Virus record (IMG/VR): IMGVR_UViG_3300025131_000338 | Coordinates: 1 to 27,116 of that record | DNA: 27,116 bases | Origin: a virus | Taxonomy: Duplodnaviria; Caudoviricetes | Direction: 5' to 3' (one strand) | Shown: positions 23,956 through 27,116 of the stretch, one piece after another | How positions within the stretch are numbered: position 1 is the stretch's first letter | How the letters are laid out: each line of letters opens with the position of its first letter | The notes under the pieces: generated by a model | Seen by the model: only the letters and a program-made list of their open reading frames with translations | Database searches by the model: none | What the model was told of the DNA's origin: nothing | Program-made: the position numbers and the translations under genes

Positions 23956-25089
23956 TTAGTAACCAGCCGGACCGTCTACCATCAACGCCTGCATTCTAGG
24001 GGAGCTACAAACGAGCTGGCCCATAAAAAAGATACGGCTTTGGATTACATCGGATGCTTCGAGAGCTCTCCAATCTTCCATAGCGAAGAATCTTTTTGAA
24101 TGCACTTTAAAGGACAGGTATTTCGTGTTAAGGAAATACATCTGGCCAGCAGGGCAGTGACTATCAACGACGATAGTTGCACCTTTAAACCGAAGGGTTT
24201 GGAACCCAGCATCGGCTAAAGTTGCATCACCCTGAAACCTCTTGTTGGCCTGCAAACTCGATTCATATGCGTCAAAAATCGGTTGCGTAGTAACAATAAG
24301 ATCAGGTTGATCATTGTCGATAGTTGCAGCGGAATAGGCTCTAGTCATAGCCTTAACCCCATCTGCAACACCATTGGTTGTTGAAGTGAACTCGCTGAAG
24401 GTCTGAACATCAGTCGCATCTACCATTTCAGCAGCAGTTCTTGTGCCACTAGATATGGGGAATGAACCAATTTGACTATCCCACCATGTGAGTGAATCAG
24501 AATTGATTTGTCCCAATGTACGATTATATCCTACGATACAGTTATCTACATTGCCAGGAGCGTGCCACACTGACGTGTCTGCCCCCAGGTCTTCGATAAT
24601 ACCACCACCATTGTCTTCACCAGTGTAATCACCACTTGCCAATGTACCTGCACCGTTTAAGGATGTTAGTCCAGCATCGGTTGCACCAGTAGCTGCAAAC
24701 AATCCAGTACCAAAAAGGTCCTTAATTGTTTTTTCAGCGTTCTTCATTTTTGCCTTCAAAATTGAAAGCACTTGATTTGAGCCCATATTTATGTGAACCT
24801 CATTTTGTGAGATATTCACACTATTATAGGCAGTAGCCCAGTTCCATACGGATTTCTGAGCAATGTCGGTTCGTGCTTGAGCTGTGGCTGTAGAACCATC
24901 TGAAGCCAGCCAGCCTGAGTTTCCGTTTTGTGCATATTCAATTGGTACATTTATAGCTGCACCACCATCTAGCCTGTCAGCATTTTTTAAAAGCTTCAAG
25001 CAGAGAGCATTGGAATTGAATATATTATCTACCAGTACGGGTAAAAACTTTTCCCGTGATAGAGCACTAACGGTATTTGTAAGAGCCAT
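23956..25089 (-). CDS. Major capsid protein
   Basis: 'LVDNIFNSN.L...GG..I.VPIEY...PDLIVTT...YESSLQANKRF...AGFQTLRFKGA....D..CP...MYFLNTKYL...GQLVCS.PR.Q'; strong AGGAAGGAG SD; follows the scaffold. Confidence 0.92.
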   Translation of the reverse strand: MALTNTVSALSREKFLPVLVDNIFNSNALCLKLLKNADRLDGGAAINVPIEYAQNGNSGWLASDGSTATAQARTDIAQKSVWNWATAYNSVNISQNEVHINMGSNQVLSILKAKMKNAEKTIKDLFGTGLFAATGATDAGLTSLNGAGTLASGDYTGEDNGGGIIEDLGADTSVWHAPGNVDNCIVGYNRTLGQINSDSLTWWDSQIGSFPISSGTRTAAEMVDATDVQTFSEFTSTTNGVADGVKAMTRAYSAATIDNDQPDLIVTTQPIFDAYESSLQANKRFQGDATLADAGFQTLRFKGATIVVDSHCPAGQMYFLNTKYLSFKVHSKRFFAMEDWRALEASDVIQSRIFFMGQLVCSSPRMQALMVDGPAGY

Positions 25090-25115
25090 TTAAAACTCCT
25101 TCCTTTAGTTAGTTA

Positions 25116-26036
25116 TTATTCATCTTCAAAATACTTCGCAATCTCAGGATCGTTCATTGTTATATTGTCCCAGTTGTACTTTTTGGGAGCTTTCACTTCC
25201 TTTGCACCAACCTGGGCCGTTCCAATAACCTTACCTTTATTGCGAGCAGTATTTTCACCAAGCTTTTTATAGTGAGTTAACTCTGATTGCATCTCAGCAT
25301 AACTCCACTCACGAAAAGCCCTGTCAAGGTCAGGTAGACCGTTTTCAATAAACTTGTTTGCATTCTTATCTGCAAACTCTAAAAACTCTGCTACCTTTTC
25401 ACCCTCTAAATACTCAGGGAACTTTTCTTCGAGGTTTGTTAGCTGACCATCCAATTTATCAACACGAGATTCCATAACACGTTCACCTTCAATATTTTCC
25501 AGGACTTTTAGCCTTTCATTTAATTCAGGTGATATCACAGGAGCTGTTCCTTGAACTTCCTGAACTGGAATATCAATATCCCCATCCAGTCCCAGAGCCT
25601 TAACAGCTTCTGGATCGTCAAAAAAGAAATCCTTGAGGTGATCACGGAAATTCCCGTCTTCGTTGATCTTCTGACCAAGCTTTCCCCACTTAGATAGATT
25701 TTGAGCTTTTTCGGTATTAGATTTCTGCCAACTTTCTTTGTTAGTAGAATCCTCACGCCAGGCCATAATTGCTTCACGGTCAAAACGTTCACCATCAATC
25801 TCAAATCCATCTTCTACAACCTCAGCTTCTGTTTCTTCCTGAGTGGAAGCTTCTTCTGTTGTTGTTTCTTTCTCTGCTGATTGTACAGCATCCGAGTTAT
25901 CCTCGGTTATTTGAGAGTTTTCCCCTTCGGGGAGAGTGCTCTCACTTCCACCCGTTGCCGGGCTAATAATAATATCATTCAAACTTTCCATTTCTTCATC
26001 TGTTAGCTCGATATTGTTATAATCTTCGTGTGCCAT
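25116..26036 (-). CDS. Capsid scaffolding protein
   Basis: Highly acidic disordered N-terminus, helical remainder, immediately upstream of the capsid gene. Confidence 0.7.
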   Translation of the reverse strand: MAHEDYNNIELTDEEMESLNDIIISPATGGSESTLPEGENSQITEDNSDAVQSAEKETTTEEASTQEETEAEVVEDGFEIDGERFDREAIMAWREDSTNKESWQKSNTEKAQNLSKWGKLGQKINEDGNFRDHLKDFFFDDPEAVKALGLDGDIDIPVQEVQGTAPVISPELNERLKVLENIEGERVMESRVDKLDGQLTNLEEKFPEYLEGEKVAEFLEFADKNANKFIENGLPDLDRAFREWSYAEMQSELTHYKKLGENTARNKGKVIGTAQVGAKEVKAPKKYNWDNITMNDPEIAKYFEDE

Positions 26037-26100
26037 TTTCTTCCTTTCCAGACTTCTTTAAAAAAGCGTAGCTTTAAAAGATTGGTCTGTGTTTGTTAAA

Positions 26101-26415
26101 TTAAACTTTTACTTTCTGAGAGTAATACATACCACCTTGTTCTCCAATTTTGTACAAAGTACCGTTGTGTATAAATGGATCACCAGTAGATTTACCTAAA
26201 CGGGTTACCAAGTTCTGTGCCCAAACATCTTTGTCCGTAGCAGACTGCTCAAGACTGTATTGCCTACCACGATGTGTATAATCAATTGTAGAATCGTGAA
26301 CATCCTTTGGGTCATAATCACCGAATTTGCTATATGTACCACCACCTTGTTTTGCCATATTTTGCAGATATGACTTCCGGGCTGGGCCACCTTTGTATTT
26401 TTTATCTTTTCCCAT
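26101..26415 (-). CDS. Hypothetical protein
   Basis: 104-aa ORF with AAGGA SD between portal and scaffold. Confidence 0.7.
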   Translation of the reverse strand: MGKDKKYKGGPARKSYLQNMAKQGGGTYSKFGDYDPKDVHDSTIDYTHRGRQYSLEQSATDKDVWAQNLVTRLGKSTGDPFIHNGTLYKIGEQGGMYYSQKVKV

Positions 26416-26416
26416 T

Positions 26417-26557
26417 TTATTTTCCTTCAGCCACTAGGCCTTTTAGTTTTTCACGTTTTGCCAGAGACTGAACCTCTGGATCATTTGAATTGAATGCATT
26501 TAGCATACATTCCTTTGTCACACCTGGATACCCATTTTTCCTACACCAGTTTTTCAT
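26417..26557 (-). CDS. Small hypothetical protein (46 aa)
   Basis: MKNWCRKNGYPGVTKECMLNAFNSNDPEVQSLAKREKLKGLVAEGK; ATG just after the portal stop. Confidence 0.55.
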   Translation of the reverse strand: MKNWCRKNGYPGVTKECMLNAFNSNDPEVQSLAKREKLKGLVAEGK

Positions 26558-26564
26558 TGTTAGA

Positions 26565-27116
26565 TTATTGGTTTTCGGCACGGGTTCCCTCCACTTGGAC
26601 TTGGCGTGTCTGCTCTGCTGCACCAGATAATTCTCTCTGACGAAGTAGTGCTTCTAAGATTTCATTTTCATCTGTAGATTTCCCAATAATATCCATCTCA
26701 CCCTGCATTTGCTTTTGCTGTTCTGCACGGGCACTTGTAATTTGATTTAGGATATCCTTTGTAATATCTGCCTGTGTGAAACGCCAGAATGACTCGGCAT
26801 CTAATAGGCCAAGCTGTAACAGATCAATAGCCTGATCCATTCTTGCAGCTCTACTCTCTGGTAGTGATGATCCTGGTATATATTTAAAATCCATATCAGC
26901 ACTAAGCTCATAGGGTTGTACTTCGTTAAATTCATATCCAGTCCCATCATCTGAAAATCTTCTGATAGAGATTGAGTGTTCATAATTATTAACAAGCAGG
27001 TTCAATGTCATTTTGTAAATATCAATAATAGCATCTGTGCCTATCTCTCTTTCCTTGGCACGGATAACCTGTTGACTAGCTTCCTGTAATTGGGAAATTG
27101 CCCGACTTGCTGTAAC
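26565..27116 (-). CDS. Portal protein, C-terminal part (P22-like; truncated by window edge)
   Basis: Frame open from 27116: 'VTASRAISQLQEASQQVIRAK...GSSLPESR....QAIDL.QLG' followed by a Gln-rich helical tail. Confidence 0.85.
   Translation of the reverse strand, partial: VTASRAISQLQEASQQVIRAKEREIGTDAIIDIYKMTLNLLVNNYEHSISIRRFSDDGTGYEFNEVQPYELSADMDFKYIPGSSLPESRAARMDQAIDLLQLGLLDAESFWRFTQADITKDILNQITSARAEQQKQMQGEMDIIGKSTDENEILEALLRQRELSGAAEQTRQVQVEGTRAENQ

Larger units (their letters stand above)
1..27116. mobile_element. Temperate tailed bacteriophage genome fragment (podovirus-like morphogenesis, non-integrated configuration)
   Basis: Contiguous phage modules across the window (recombination/replication, repressor-attP-integrase, lysis, ejection, tail, capsid, portal). 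No host housekeeping genes; no tape-measure or sheath gene seen. Confidence 0.96.

Noticed and set aside
8917-25966. Plus-strand and nested ORFs within the late genes (e.g. 13199-13705, 23192-23692, 22292-22636)
   Set aside because: Shadow frames of well-supported minus-strand genes; no recognisable motifs or start signals.
1-27116. Stop-codon reassignment
   Set aside because: Genes tile tightly under the standard code, and TAA, TAG and TGA all end genes at coupled junctions.

Overview
The whole window is a fragment of a temperate tailed phage with podovirus-like morphogenesis genes. It is in the non-integrated arrangement, with an intact attP-like site between two phage genes. The minus-strand early arm (1-5453) carries a Sak/DUF1071 annealase, PD-(D/E)XK exonuclease, HTH replication initiator with internal origin-like repeats, DUF1599, SpoVG-like protein, NinG and small Zn-finger ORFs. 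The plus-strand lysogeny module (5635-7620) has an XRE-HTH repressor fused to a coiled coil and a PAS domain, an attP containing the 5' half of tRNA-Ser(GCT), and a tyrosine integrase. The minus-strand late arm (7609-27116) carries portal (partial), scaffold, major capsid, tail fibre, two adaptors, nozzle, three probable ejection proteins, endolysin and holin-like genes. Most notable: (1) a PAS-sensor repressor with an internal strong-SD start and no visible Cro or S24 domain; (2) a 1901-aa virion protein whose cargo modules, including an ADP-ribosyltransferase-like domain, are bounded by four copies of a 16-bp repeat encoding ESFQL; (3) an ejection protein with matched 6x18-aa and 6x9-aa repeat arrays; (4) a 5'-half tRNA attP. 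All product calls come from motif recognition by eye and synteny; no database search was run.
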